From: Plasmodiophora brassicae
Lineage: Eukaryota
Assembly: GCA_036867785.1 (NCBI GenBank)
Contig: CP145418.1
Span: 744,001 to 808,000, forward strand
Direction: 5' to 3'
DNA length: 64,000 nt
Shown: in pieces, positions 47,101 through 59,897 of the stretch
Layout: each line of letters opens with the position of its first letter
Numbering within the stretch: position 1 is the stretch's first letter
Translations under genes and position numbers: made by a program
Notes under the pieces: generated by a model
The model's database searches: none
Told to the model about the DNA's origin: nothing
Seen by the model: the letters and a program-made list of their open reading frames with translations, nothing else

Positions 47101-48908
47101 GTCCTTCACAAAGTGGCGGCTTTTCGCAAGCAGGCCAGAATACCCGTTCTTGCATATTACTGTTCCAGTTCAGGGGCAGCGATGCTGCGCAGTGCCCAAC
47201 CACGAACTGGATTCACCGGGAACATCTGCGTTGCCGACGAGCAACTCATTGCGGCCGCCAAGATCCGGTTCATTATCGATTGTCGCCCCAAGATCAACGC
47301 GAGGGGAAACAAGGTGCTCGGCGGCGGTTTCGAGAGCGCTGCCCGGTACCGTGACTGTCAGCTTGTCTTCATGGGCATCGAGAACATTCATGCCGTTCGC
47401 GATTCGTTTAGAGCCATGGTAATACCCCTAGCGTTGCACTCGAGCACCGTCCGACGTTTAAGTGTGGGTCAGATGGAATCTCCTGCGCTGTTTACGGAGG
47501 CGAAGCGGTACAGTGTTGAAAACGATGAGATCATGACCCCGATCGGATTGAATCCGTCCGAGTGGCACAAGCATCTCAGCCAGATTCTCGTGGCCGCTGT
47601 GTTCACCGCTGCCAAGGTTTCGGAAGACTGTGTCTCCGTCCTCGTTCATTGCAGCGATGGGTGGGACCGGACCGCACAGGTCACCTCGCTTGCGATGCTT
47701 CTGATGGATCCCTACTATCGAACCATTGCTGGGTTTGCAGTCCTCATTGAGAAAGAGTGGATCGGGTTTGGCCACAAATTCTCCCAGCGAGTGGGTCATG
47801 GCAACGCGAACTTCTCAGATCAGCAGATCAGCCCGATTTTCTTACAATTCCTCGACGTTGTCTGGCAAGTTCAATCGCAGTACCCGTCTGCGTTCGAGTT
47901 CTCGCCCGAGCTGCTGTTCTGCATTGCACAAGAGCACTACGACTGCAAGTTTGGCACGTTCCTCGGCAACAACGATCGCCAACGTGCGCAGGCCCGAATC
48001 AAGTCGAAGACGGTGTCCCTGTGGACCTACGTTCTGCAGGCACGCGAAACGTTCATCAACCCGCTGTACCAGGTGTCCTACCAAGGTACCAGATGTTGTC
48101 CCGGGAATTGTCCTCTTGCGCGTCTGACCGATCGAACTACCTAGTGCTTCGCCCGAACTGCCAAGCGCAAGCGTTCGGCGTGTTCCCGTTCTACTACAGG
48201 TGTAGCATGCTGATGCAACAGTTCCCGTCGCCGCACGAAACGATTCGTGACCGTGTTCTCCAGCTGGTGCAGTTGCAGTCCCGTCACGATCGGTTCGGCG
48301 TGTCTCTGGGCAGCTCGCCTGATGTCCGTTTTAACGTTCATCCGCAGGGAGGTTCAAGAACTGGTCGCCCAGTTCGAGCAACGCGAGGCTTTGCTGCTTG
48401 AAGCGGTTCATGCCCTCCAAGGCGATGGCTCCCGATGTTCCGATTCCGGCCAGACGGATTGGGTGTCGCTGCTGCAGCACAATGGCATATCCTTGTCGGC
48501 ACCCCGGACGCCCAGAGCCGACGGGACGTTATTCAACGAGAATCCGGTCCATCCCAATATGCCGAGTTTGATCGAATCGCTGCAAACAGTATTCTACAGC
48601 GACGAAGACGACATCCCGCCGCCCCCACCGCCTGAGGATGACGACGAGACGAGCCATGAGATTGACGAACACCAAGAGTATCTTAGTCGAACGCTTCGTA
48701 CGAACCGGCTTTGTTTATCGCGTGGGCCAGTCTGAGACCCTTCCTAGGTGATGTGCCCCAGTTTGACGTCGTTGATGGCGATGACGGTAACATTGTATTC
48801 ACACCGAGGAAACGAACATGCTCGGCATCGAGCATCACCAGGCTTGAAGAAGCTGAGCTACTGTGTATACCCGAAGGAAGGCCGGTAAGAGCCTTCAGCG
48901 ACCTGTGA
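44134..48908 (+). CDS. Myotubularin phosphoinositide 3-phosphatase with C2-like, SBF2-like, WW and PH-GRAM regions; start approximate
   Basis: Catalytic VLVHCSDGWDRTAQ; GYLLLTTYRVVF (GRAM); YFHNDETNGSQWTIP (WW); VKDHEVFKNRQFWELLF (SBF2-like); IEKEWIGFGHKF. Confidence 0.92.
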
Positions 48909-49523
48909 ACACCCATCAGCAGTACACCTATTATTATAGTATCCGCGTCGTCTCATCCGACCATCTGTATACCGCCTGATCTGGCCATTGATTCTACTCC
49001 TGTCACTATAGCAGGGAGGAGGGGGAAGGGCTAGGAATGTTCGTATGCAGTAATTCCGAGTCACTGGTCGCGCGATCGGCGAAGCATTGCACCGTTCTGC
49101 AATGCGCGGCGACTCGTTCGCACAGTAACTTTATTGTAATGGATTTCGAATTGCTGAGGTCGCCACTGCCTGACCGCATATCCAAACATGATGCGAAAAG
49201 CGTCTGTCGCTTCGAGTTGCCACTCTGCCTTTCGCGTCATGGTTGGGTACGTCGAGGTAAGTCCCTTGGAATGGACCGCGGCGGAGTGAGAGTAAGTAGG
49301 ACACATCGTGTAGGCAAATCGTAACCTTGTTCAGTTGACAGCTTGGCTGCGCCTTTTGTCTCAATAGACAATAAGCTTCAGGCTCCGTGCTAATTCGAAG
49401 AACGAACATTGGCTTCCTGCGTCGCGTAACAATTGCACATGCCCAAAGGACGGCCATCTGCCGCAATCTCCATCTACACGGCATATGGCAGGCACAAGTC
49501 ATGTCGGGAAGGGTTTACTTATA

Positions 49524-52500
49524 TTAGAAACTGTGATGTCTCCGGCGTGAGGGAGAGGAACCATCGATATCAGGACCCTCCTTGAACGAGGTGAACGTCG
49601 CTGTTCTTTGCGGGGATCGAACCGCTGGGGATCGAATCGGGCGACGATCGACCACGCTCCCGATAATGGATGGTGAGAACATTCCAGTCAACGTAGACGG
49701 AGAAGGGAAGTTGGCAGGTAACTGGCTTCCCTTCGCAGGGGCAGCACGTCGAAACGGGCTCTCTTCCGGTTGTGTCCTACTCGCGAAGTCAGCAACAAGA
49801 GTCCAACGCATTTCACCACCGGGTACCGGAAGATGTTATTAACGACCGTGTTTAGGTCATCGATCCAAGATTCTTCCATGTGCCACAGTCGCCCTAGGTT
49901 AGACGTTACTTGCGACACAAGGTCGCGCGGAAGCTCTAGGGCGTGGAGAGTTGAGATAATGGACCCGATTTCCCGAAATACGAATGTTTCTTCTTCAACA
50001 CTCCTAAAACGTCCGATGAGCATCGGCAAGAGGGTTCGACGGCGTACACCGACTCACCTGTTGCGATTCTGAAGAGAGGCAAATGTGGTCAGGACGTCGG
50101 GCATCGAATTCGACCGACTCTTCACAGGAGGTTCACAAACGGCATTTTGACCGGCAAGGAGGACACTTTGTTCTTCATCCCATTGGCACTGAAGTTGGCA
50201 AGCCTTCAGACGTGGCAGGACGAGACATAAACACACGGTCCACCTTGAAATGCTCCAATATCGCGAGGGATAAGTAGTACTCCCAGAACGACTGCTGCCT
50301 CCAGACAGCGCAATGTTTCAGTGAGTCCTTCAAGACAATCAGGGTCGGCTAAAGGAACCATGGTAAATAACAATGAGAGGATCTTCTACTGGTACTCGCA
50401 AGACTCGACCTTCGCTTTCTGGCCACTGCCTGTTGGGCCAGAAAGCAGCTTGCCTGCAATTTGAAGAGCGATGTCATCGCTAATGCAGGTCCGGGCGAAT
50501 CCATAATCACGTGGTGTGTGGCCTGCCTGATCAAGTGCTCGACCGAACAGGAAAGCAAGCGAGCAGTACCGGTCCCAAGGGAGCTGGAGTGATGGCTGTG
50601 ATTTCGGCAGGCCTGACGTCTAGTGACGCCGTTCAGAAACGAGGACGCAATACACAAGAAGAACAACCATTACCTTAGCTGCGGTATCGACTGCTTCCGT
50701 GACAGTTGTAATGAACAGTGAGCGCCATTGTGGAAACGTGAGAAGTTCAGCGACGGAATATAGTTCACCAACTGAACACGTTGGGCTGCCATCGTGACTC
50801 AGGAGATCGTTCAGGAATAGGTACAACCGCGACTGCATGGCCGGGCAAGCAGATTCACGCTCGTTCTTGAAATACAGTGCTTTCTGAACTACTGGGTGTT
50901 GATTACGGTGCAGCCGAGGACCATCAATACGAATCTCTTCAACAGGGCTGTCTTGTGAGACGCCGCACTGATCGACAGAGTTGTAAAACAAGAAATCATC
51001 GAGCAGGGATGGCGTCTCTACGTGCAGTTCCAGGAATTCTGTAAACATCTAACTGAACTTCAGAACAGCACCCAGGAACTGGGTTAACGACCACACCCAG
51101 ACCTGAGTCTGAATGAAACGGGAAAGAAACGGGCGCGCGTCCATTCTCTGCTCCAGGAACGTTGCAGAATCAAAGTGGGCGTCGTTGTTTGTGTCGAACC
51201 GCAGGTACTTCCGGTAATCGTGAAGCAGTGAGCCGATATATCGGAGAAAGAATTGACGGACCTTGGTTTCCCTGGCCATGTTGGACGCCGACGACAGGAA
51301 TATCGTTGGCTAATATCAAGAGAAATTAGACCGTACGTATGCAGGCTGTTTAACATGACTGCCAATACCTGCGATTCTAGTGGAATTGTGCCAAGGCGCT
51401 GATCCAACGGTGACTTACGATCCGCTGAGAATATCAAATCGTGGAACACTTGCTTGCGAACTTCCCGCTGAAGCAGTTTCGTCGGTTGGGCTGGCAGCAG
51501 GACAAGACTGCTTTCACAAGTGACAATGCTCATGTCGATGTCGAGGAGCACACAGTGAGGCGCTACAACCACATGTCAGATTATGTCAGTTGCATGGCAT
51601 CCACATCACATCAAACCAACCGAGCTGAATATGTTCCAGATTCTCAGTCAACGTTCCTATAATGAATGGGACGGGACTCTCGAGTACTTGTAGAATTCCA
51701 CGCGGCAACAACGGGATGTACACATTTGTCCATCGAAACGGAAATATCAGCGCGATGAGACATTCGCAAACGGGCATCAGCAGGCTCAACTGAAGACAAC
51801 TGTTGTTAAGCGTCGACTTTGAAGAGCGTTCGCAGGCGACCCACTTGAGACGAATGCACAACGACGCTCTTGCCCGTTAAGATGGACGCTATTGCCAGTA
51901 AGACTGCCGAGATGTCCAATATGCGAAGCAGGAACAGGACCGAAAAGTCCAGCAGCGGAAACTGGAACTGTTCAACAGGTCCAGGCGTAGATATCCGCCA
52001 AGAAATAGCCTGGGGTAACAGGAACGATATGTTAATCACAAAATGCCTATCGAAACACTGGTTACAGCACACAACCGGATCACGAGGGCTTGCCAGCAGC
52101 AAAGAAGGTCCACCAGGCTCCGGCCTCGGAACATCGTCGCAGAGGAATGCAACGTAGCGCAGAGTTGGTGCATCGAAGGGTGCTCCTCGGGGACCCTGAT
52201 TCCGACAAGCCATGTTACCTGAAGACCTACAAGGCCAACGAGCGTGTACAACTAACCATCTGCTCGAATATATCGGCGATAATGGACTGGAACACGCTAC
52301 ACAGTCCAGTGCTGCTGAGAATGACAAGAGCGAACTCGCTGTAAAGGAACTCTTGTGGCGGAGAATCCTGACGCATACGATAAGAATACGATCACCGCCC
52401 GACCGAGGACCACTCACTGGCTCGCCGACCGCAGTAACTTTCACGATCTGCGGCTGTGCTTGAAACACGAACGCCGTTCCGTACGTGGACGTCTTGGACA

Positions 52501-53552
52501 GAAAGAAGTTGAAGCAGCATCTCTCCATTTCGAGACCAATGCCGCGCGGGTAGCACATATCGCCCATCATAGCCGTATCAGGGAAATCGACCCATGAGCG
52601 GTCCAGCTTTGGATACCGCTACGACGCGTGGTCAGCAATAATCGCTTCATGAACGTTGCATCGCAGGCCTTACATCAATAACAACGGGAGAGACATCCTG
52701 GCCAATCGCTATGAGAGCGATATAATCAACAAACTGTGTCCCGTATGATTCCGGAGTGCCCAGCAACACCTTGCTTCTGCTCCTAATAGTGACGGTTAGG
52801 CCGTTGGAGTTCGTAGCTTACCACAGAGCCCTACTTCTGAAGGTGGTTGTGCTGAACGGGAAACACCGACATGTTTGGTGAATTGAGGTTCATCGGCGAG
52901 ATCGACGATCCTAACCGAAATTGATTTACGACATCCGGGCTGTGCGACAATGCTAACCTGGCTTCCCAGCATTGCTGCGCGACGGTTGACGATTAAGGAC
53001 CAGTGGCGTTACGGCCAAATGGTGGTGGAGACGCAGCTTGAGGTACACCTGGGCGCTGACGTTTCTCCTGTGGCTGTCCTGGAGGCTGAACCACCTCGAC
53101 ACTGGGGGTGCTGATTGTGCCCTCGGTAATCTATGATACCATGACAATCAGCTCAACGCTGTCTTCATTGTTCTTCAGACACACGTACGTGTCCAATGGG
53201 ATGACCGTATGGCCTACAGGTTTGCCGCCTTTGACACAGATAATGGAGAGCCGTCCGCTCAGGTTTTTGAGTTCCACGTCAAACACGTCCTGAACAGGGA
53301 CGTGAGATAAAATACGCGGTTGTCCCCGAGATGGCGGCCATGGCGACGTACCCCGAACTCAATCATATCGCTCTTGGCGCGAAAATCCAAGATATGGCTC
53401 CGCTTCTTCGCAACGGTCCGCATCGTCTCCGGCGGCATCGCAGCCTGCTGGTCGGCATCGCCGTCGAGGACGGCGAGTTCGAAGAACACCTCGGTGCGGG
53501 AATCGGTGAGCGCTTCGCCCGCGCTTCGCACCACCATGATCTCTAGACGCAT
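49524..53552 (-). CDS. DENN-domain protein (Rab GEF) with N-terminal C2-like and C-terminal SBF2-like region
   Basis: MCYPRG (uDENN); FPFRWTNVYIPLLP..LESPVPFIIG (cDENN); FLSRFIQTQMFTEF (dDENN); LKHCAVWRQQSFWE. Confidence 0.88.
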
Positions 53553-53763
53553 CCTGCCACCGCTTCCCCTGATCTAGTGATGACCCGTTCGAAAAAACCC
53601 ATTCATAGCCACCACTACCGAGGCGCTCCCGACGAAAGTCCGGTCGAGCAATCTCCGAAATTTAAAGGGCGGCCCCCGCTCATCTTCTCCGACGGTACGT
53701 CGTATTATCAGTGTACGTCGTATGTACAAGAGAGATGTTACGGTCCGCTCCTGGCGAACAAGT

Positions 53764-54341
53764 TTACGTATGGGACCAGGTCCGCGTTGTGTTGTCCAGG
53801 GTGACGTCGACGGCACGGTCGATTGGGTGGATGATCAGGGGGATGATAGATAATCCCACAGCCGTCGGAATCGATCGACACAACGCAGGATGCTTGGCGT
53901 ATTTATGTGTCAGGAAGGAGGCCAGTTTCACCTAACCGAAGACGATGATTCCAGGACAGGCTACCCGTGCAGGCGCGATTTACCACGCGGTTGATAGTAA
54001 AGCCAGGGAAGACAATGTTCGCCTGTTGCCTCAGCGGGTCACAGCAAATCAGAGAGAAGGCGTCGTTCCCGACAGACCAGGGTTTGCCAGAGCATTGTAT
54101 CGAGGACGGCGCGCGTGACAACGGAAGTGCAGCCGCTTTTGTCCCCGCAATTGCTCGCAGCGGTTAAGCCCTTGTCCAGCGTGTCACCAAGAGCGTAGCC
54201 GAAGGACACCATGTACGATGGTATCAAAAGGCGGGGCAGCACCGGCCGGAACGACTCACCGACCTCGTTCGCGTAGCCCACGTATCGCAGCAGACTGTCC
54301 CTCCACATATCCCTCCTTTCGCCTTCATGGCAACCGGGCAT
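53764..54341 (-). CDS. MTFP1: Mitochondrial fission process protein 1 (MTP18)
   Basis: RDSLLRYVGYANEVGESFRP, DTMLWQTL, PGFTINRV, PTAVGLSIIPLIIHPIDRAVD. Confidence 0.92.
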
Positions 54342-54608
54342 CCCAGATGGCGCCTGATGATAACCCATCCCCGTCCGACTGAGGGTCGGGTTGGAGCTGG
54401 AAACGGAATACCGTGCGGACTATGGCCGTATGAACGCACCCGCTTGACGATCGCTATTCCAGAGCCAACGCGGACCGGTCTTTCGTACGGCAGGCGACGC
54501 TATACCGTCTGACACTGATAGAGCAAGCGGTGATCGTGCGGCCTGCGTCTGCGTCTGGCGATTTTGTTTCGGCAGGTGGCAGGGTCGGGAGACGTCGCTT
54601 GTCATCCA

Positions 54609-55726
54609 ATGGATACCCGGGCGCCCTTCAGAGTGGCTGGCACTCTTCTTTCCCTGAGCTTGTTGTATGCCGTTCATGCAACGAATCCGGTGGCTGTCGA
54701 ACACGACCTTAGGCGGGCAGTGGCGTTTCATCAACCATTTGCGGTGTGGCGGCCGCTTGTAATTGAACTCGGCCTGAGCGTGCCGCAGGATCGATTCATG
54801 GGAACTATGCGGGACGTAATTTCTTCAATGTGTGCCCTCACTGTAGGTGGACCCTTTATGAACCCAGTTTATGCTGCTCGAGCTGCTCGTCTTACGCGAC
54901 GGTTCGCTAACGGTATTGGTGCCGTCCTGCTCTATGACGGAATCCGAAGCTCAAGCCTTCGCTTGACACGGGTTGCTTTGCAGGTCACGCAAGCAAACCC
55001 GTTTCATATGTGTCTTGCCATTCTGCGTTCGCTTGAACTAAGCCCACAGTCGGCACTGCATGTCTCCGGCGAAATCGCTAGAAGACAACCCGAGAGCTTG
55101 CTCTCTCTGTGTGTCGACAGCAGGATCTCTTTCCTTGACGCTGTGCGCTCTGAACATGCGTCTAACCGATTACGGGCGCTGCTGCTGGTTACCCTGCAAT
55201 TCTCGCAGACATTCAGTGTAGACGAGAATCTCCGTGTTATCGATGGCCTTCGAGAATTCATGCAATGTGAAGTAAACCTGGCGGAGATGATCGATTTCGG
55301 TGCCTCCGTTAATGGAATGCCGGATAACAATGTCCCGAGTGGCGATGCAGTGGTTGAACGACGATCCAAACGGAATGGAAAGATGCGCGATGATGGAATG
55401 GATGAGGTATGTCTAATTCGCACATTCATCACTGGCCAGCTGACGAGCAACACCTGGAATAGGGAATGCAACTGCAGATCGCTCCATGTGACGCAAACCC
55501 TGCGGGACTGGTCGGTTTCGATGCTTCCGTCAATGCAATACCCGCCAGCAAACGTCCGCAGGACGGTGCAGTAGTTGACCAGCAACCCAAACGAGTACGA
55601 CAACACAAGGGCAAGGTAATCGTCAGCTCAAACTTCGCATATGTGACTGACGAGAATCTAACGTATATAAAGGGGACGTATGCAGAAAGCTCGGAAAAGG
55701 TCCTTACGGTCGTTTGTATAGTCTAG
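54609..55726 (+). CDS. Secreted helical protein with C-terminal NLS-like modules, paralog 1 (candidate effector)
   Basis: Signal-like TLLSLSLLYAVHA-TNP; intron 55407-55477 joins to ..PASKRPQDGAVVDQQPKRVR. Confidence 0.7.
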
Positions 55727-55945
55727 TGCATTCCAGTTGCACGCAAGGCACAATAAACGATGCGTATCGCACGGGGGAGCATTGTTGTCGGTCGCCTTCT
55801 ACAGCAGCGGTGGCCGCGGCGCTATCAGCGTCACCGTGGCCGGCTCGCGCAGTTCGATCGTGCGCAGCGCGCAACCGCAATTGGCCATTCCGGTTTAGCA
55901 CTGCGTAGATTCTGCGTGGTCGTGGTTCGCAAGCCGACTGGAAAG

Positions 55946-56761
55946 ATGACGCAGTCGGAGGCAGCTCTATGTGCTGTTCTTCTGTGCCTGTTACATCCCC
56001 TCTACGCGTCGAATCCGGTGGTGACAGAGCTGGAGCTTAGGCGCGCTGTGGCACACCGTCGCCCTGTAACGGTGTTGCAACCCCTGATCATTGAACTCGG
56101 ACGAACCGTCCCGGAGGACCGTTTCGTTCCGATTCTGCGGGACGTTCTGTCATCGATGTGCGCTCTGACGGGAAGCAGTGCCGTCATGGACCCAGCACAT
56201 GCAGTTCGGGTTGCCCGACTTGCCAGCCGATTTTCTGGCGCTCTAGGCACTGCTCTTCTCAATGAGGGAATTCGAACCTCGAACCTGCGCTTGACAAGGG
56301 TCGGTTTGCAAGTTACGCATCCTACGCCGTTCCATCTATGCCTCGCCATCTTACGAAGACTTTATCTGAGCCCGCACTCGGCACTGGACGTCTCCCTCGA
56401 GATCGCCCGACGACAACCATCGCGGTTGCTGTCTACATCTGTCAGTGGCCAGGTTCCTTTCCTGGATGCGGTGCGCTCCGGGCGCGCATGGATCCAGGTG
56501 GGGGCGCTGATTCTCGTTCTCCACGAATTCATGCCAACGTTCACCACGCAGCAATGTCAATTTATCGCCACTCACCTCCGGGCCTTCACGCAATATGAAG
56601 CCAGTGCCAACGAGATGTTCGATCTCGATGGCTCCGTGGACGGAACGCCCGCGACCAAGCGCCCCATTGACGACGCCGGTGCCGACCAACAACCCAAACG
56701 AGTTCGCCTGCGCGCCGATGGCGACGTGGTGGCATCACCTGAGATTGCAACGACTTGCTGA
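55946..56761 (+). CDS. Secreted helical protein with bipartite NLS, paralog 2 (candidate effector)
   Basis: Signal-like AALCAVLLCLLHPLYA-SNP; aligns end to end with paralog 1; KRPIDDAGADQQPKRVR. Confidence 0.75.
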   Translation: MTQSEAALCAVLLCLLHPLYASNPVVTELELRRAVAHRRPVTVLQPLIIELGRTVPEDRFVPILRDVLSSMCALTGSSAVMDPAHAVRVARLASRFSGALGTALLNEGIRTSNLRLTRVGLQVTHPTPFHLCLAILRRLYLSPHSALDVSLEIARRQPSRLLSTSVSGQVPFLDAVRSGRAWIQVGALILVLHEFMPTFTTQQCQFIATHLRAFTQYEASANEMFDLDGSVDGTPATKRPIDDAGADQQPKRVRLRADGDVVASPEIATTC

Positions 56762-56955
56762 CGGGCGAAGCTCGACAGGGCCAACGATGTCCTCGCGGTC
56801 GCCGGGTGGTCGCTTGCGTTCGTCCACCCATATACAATCGTTGCACCAGTAAACGGCTCCCGTCTGCCTTGTGAGTCGTGGTGTCCACGGTCCACCTATT
56901 ACCGAATTAGGTTCGCCTGCGCACTTGCCATCGGGGGCGCCGCTTCCAGCAAGCG

Positions 56956-58449
56956 ATGGAGCAGCGCAGGCGCAGGCGCCGCCGATTGGCGATCGAATGT
57001 GTGCACGACGACATCGTGTCCCGTCGCGAGGTGCTGCGCCGTTGCATGCGTGTCGTGCCTGCGCGTGACGCCGGCGGCGATGACGACGAGGATAGCGGCC
57101 ACCACCCGCTGCTGCAGTGGAATCACGACGGGTCGCTGCTGTTCGCAGGGCGGACGCAGACAGCGCGAGCAACGATTCGGTATTGCGATTCGTGTCTGCC
57201 AAGCGACGAGTGACACCTGATGCGCGTCCAGCATCGCGGATGTCGCGCGTGGCACGTTTCCAGCCGTTCTGTCTGCTGAACTCGTCTATCCAGTGGAGTC
57301 CGTTAACTGGTAATGCGGGAACCCCGGTAGAGCTGGCGTTATAGTAACCTGAGCGGGCCGCACTGGGCTAGGCTGGGGAACAACACCGTTGCTGTTGGAT
57401 ACCGATACGAGCATCGGTGCGTGCTGCTGGACGTTGGACGCGGTCTCCAGCCCGTCAGATCGTACGAGTCGGAACGCGGAACCGAAGCGTGAGTCGAACG
57501 GGGGCTTCTGCGACGATTCTACCTCATTGCTGCTGGCAGCGGCTGCGACGGCGTGTTCGCAGTTGGCCGGTTCCTGACCATGAGACCCAACGCAGTCGAT
57601 CTGTGCACTGGATCGCTTCGTGGCAAGATTCGCCTGTTTGACATTCGTCAGAGCGGTACGCGTCCCAGGTGCCAAATGAATGCCCCATCGATGACCAGCG
57701 ACGATCCCTCTATCCGCTCCATAGTGGTTTGATGTTGAGGCACCGGTAAATTGCACTCCCAGGTGGTAAACATGGCCGATAGGGGTTTTCGTCAGATGTC
57801 CTGCTGATGGGCATTCACCGAGATGGAACGTGCCGTCTTTGGGACCACAGGTCAATCCGCACCCGTCGGTCCATGTCTGAATGCTTATGCTGATTCTGAA
57901 GTAGGAACACGCTGACACCGCTAAGAACCATTTCATTGCCTGACCTACTGGACAAGTACGACACGAAATCCGTGAATCACCTGGCTAGAGAGCGGCTACA
58001 GGTGGACTCGGCTGTCCGTCTCGATGATCGGCGGGTGTTCATCCAGCTGAACCCGTCGCGAATCGCCCGTCTTGACGTTTTCCTCAAGGCGGCACGCGTA
58101 CGTCCATTTGCTTTGATGTGATTCCGATGTTTGACGTATCACCTCTTCCAGTTCGTTGGACCGGCGGCGTCTTCCATCAGCTGTGACCGTTTACATGCAT
58201 CGCTGATGTGTCGACACTCGCTCGTGTATCCATGCGGCAATCATGTCCTCATAGGTGACGCCGACGAGCGGTCGTCGGTTTGGAGAAAGGCGTCCGTGTC
58301 TGGCGATGCGATTGCTGCTGTTGCCGGAAACCCTGAACAGCCCATTATCGCATGCTCAACCATGGGCAGCTCCAGTCTCCAGATGATCTCGTGTTTCGCG
58401 AAGCGATGATGCCGTGTATGAACTAATAATAGTCCGCCTGGGTACTGAT
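56956..58449 (+). CDS. Hypothetical WD40/beta-propeller-like protein, multi-exon
   Basis: LQWNHDGSLLFAG and IAAVAGNPEQPIIACSTMG blade-like motifs. Confidence 0.45.
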
Positions 58450-58463
58450 TTGCGAGGTCGGCG

Positions 58464-59734
58464 ATGCCTGACGACGTCGACGATGGTCGTTTGTTGCAAT
58501 CCTGGATAGCAATGGCCAAGGAGGCTCGCGGTTGTTCGTCATTCTGGCACGAATCGCCCTTCCCTAAGTGGTGACCTTTAGAGCTCTGGATTCCTCGTCG
58601 AGTCCCGACTGTCGATACACGTGATCTGACGCCGCTGGCGTTTCAACGCAAGTTCGTCGGCCCCAACACTCCAGTCCTAATTCGTGGTAGCGCGCCAGGT
58701 TCCTTTCCGCCTATGTATCCATTGAGCTGATGGCGGTGGTGCTAGGTGGGTGTCGGCACTGGCCAGCGTTTGACCGATGGACCAATTCTTATTTACTGGA
58801 GCGCATGGGATCATCTCAGCTGACCGTAGCGCTGACTCCTGATGGCCGTGGAGATTGTCCTGTAGGCGGTCGGTTCGTCTTACCCCATGAGGAAAGGATG
58901 GACTTAGCGGCATTCTTCGAGACGCTCAGGGATCCGTCGGGAAATGCTGTCCCGTACATTCAGGTACTTCAACGTGAAGTAAGCAGCGTCGCCTACTCAA
59001 TCGCGCCGCCAGAAACAATGCAATAGCCTCGATGAAGAGTTTGGCCAACTTCGTGACGATATTGCGGAACTCGAGATTGGCAAGACAGTATTTGAGCATC
59101 TCGACGCGACCAACCTTTGGATTGGCGACGAACGTGCTGTTAGCGCCACTCACTCGGACCCGTACGAGAACCTGTATTGTGTTGTTGCTGGTACCAAGCA
59201 TGTGACTCTGTACCCACCTACGGATCTGCCTTTCCTGTATCGAAAGACGTTTTCAGTTGGCCAATATGTTCGGGAGCCATCAGGAATGGCAGCTCGCGCC
59301 TGGCGCTTGTTGCTGACTATTGACTAGATCGTTCTCTAGGTTCCTTCAATATCATACAGCGACCCGGTACTGTTCCATGGATTTCCGTGGACCCATCAGA
59401 TCGTCGGCAGTTCCCGTTGTACGAGTACGCGTCACCTCTCGAAGTTCAAGCGTCTCGTCTGCCAGTCCTATGTGGCACTTGTCTAACTGATTTTTAGGTT
59501 GAGGTTCAAGCTGGGGATGTCTTATATCTGCCGGCCCTGTGGTATCATAGGGTCGCCCAGTCCGCCGACCTGGAAGGCCGGACAATTGCTGTCAACTTCT
59601 GGTCATTATGGCAGCCATCTGCTCACCAACAACGCCTGACTGTCTTCGTTTCGTCGTGTAGGTACGATATGCAGTTCGACTCGAGATATACTTGGATGCG
59701 GTTCCAAGAGTCTCTTGTTGTCAATGGGTGTTGA
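58464..59734 (+). CDS. JMJD7: JmjC-domain hydroxylase JMJD7-like
   Basis: VALTPDGRGD, FVLPHEERM, NLWIGDERAVSATHSDPYENLYCVVAGTK, GDVLYLPALWYHRVAQ, AVNFWYDMQFD. Confidence 0.92.
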
Positions 59735-59897
59735 AAGTTCGGGACGTTGGGAAACAGTGAGCCTCGAGGAGCGCATTGTGATAAAGTTGAACTTGACAGT
59801 TACAGTTTATGATTAGGATGAACCTTGGATAAGTGATAAATGAGCCAATAATCGTATATTGTCATGCTTTGGTCCGTAACCTGGATCTGGAAACATA

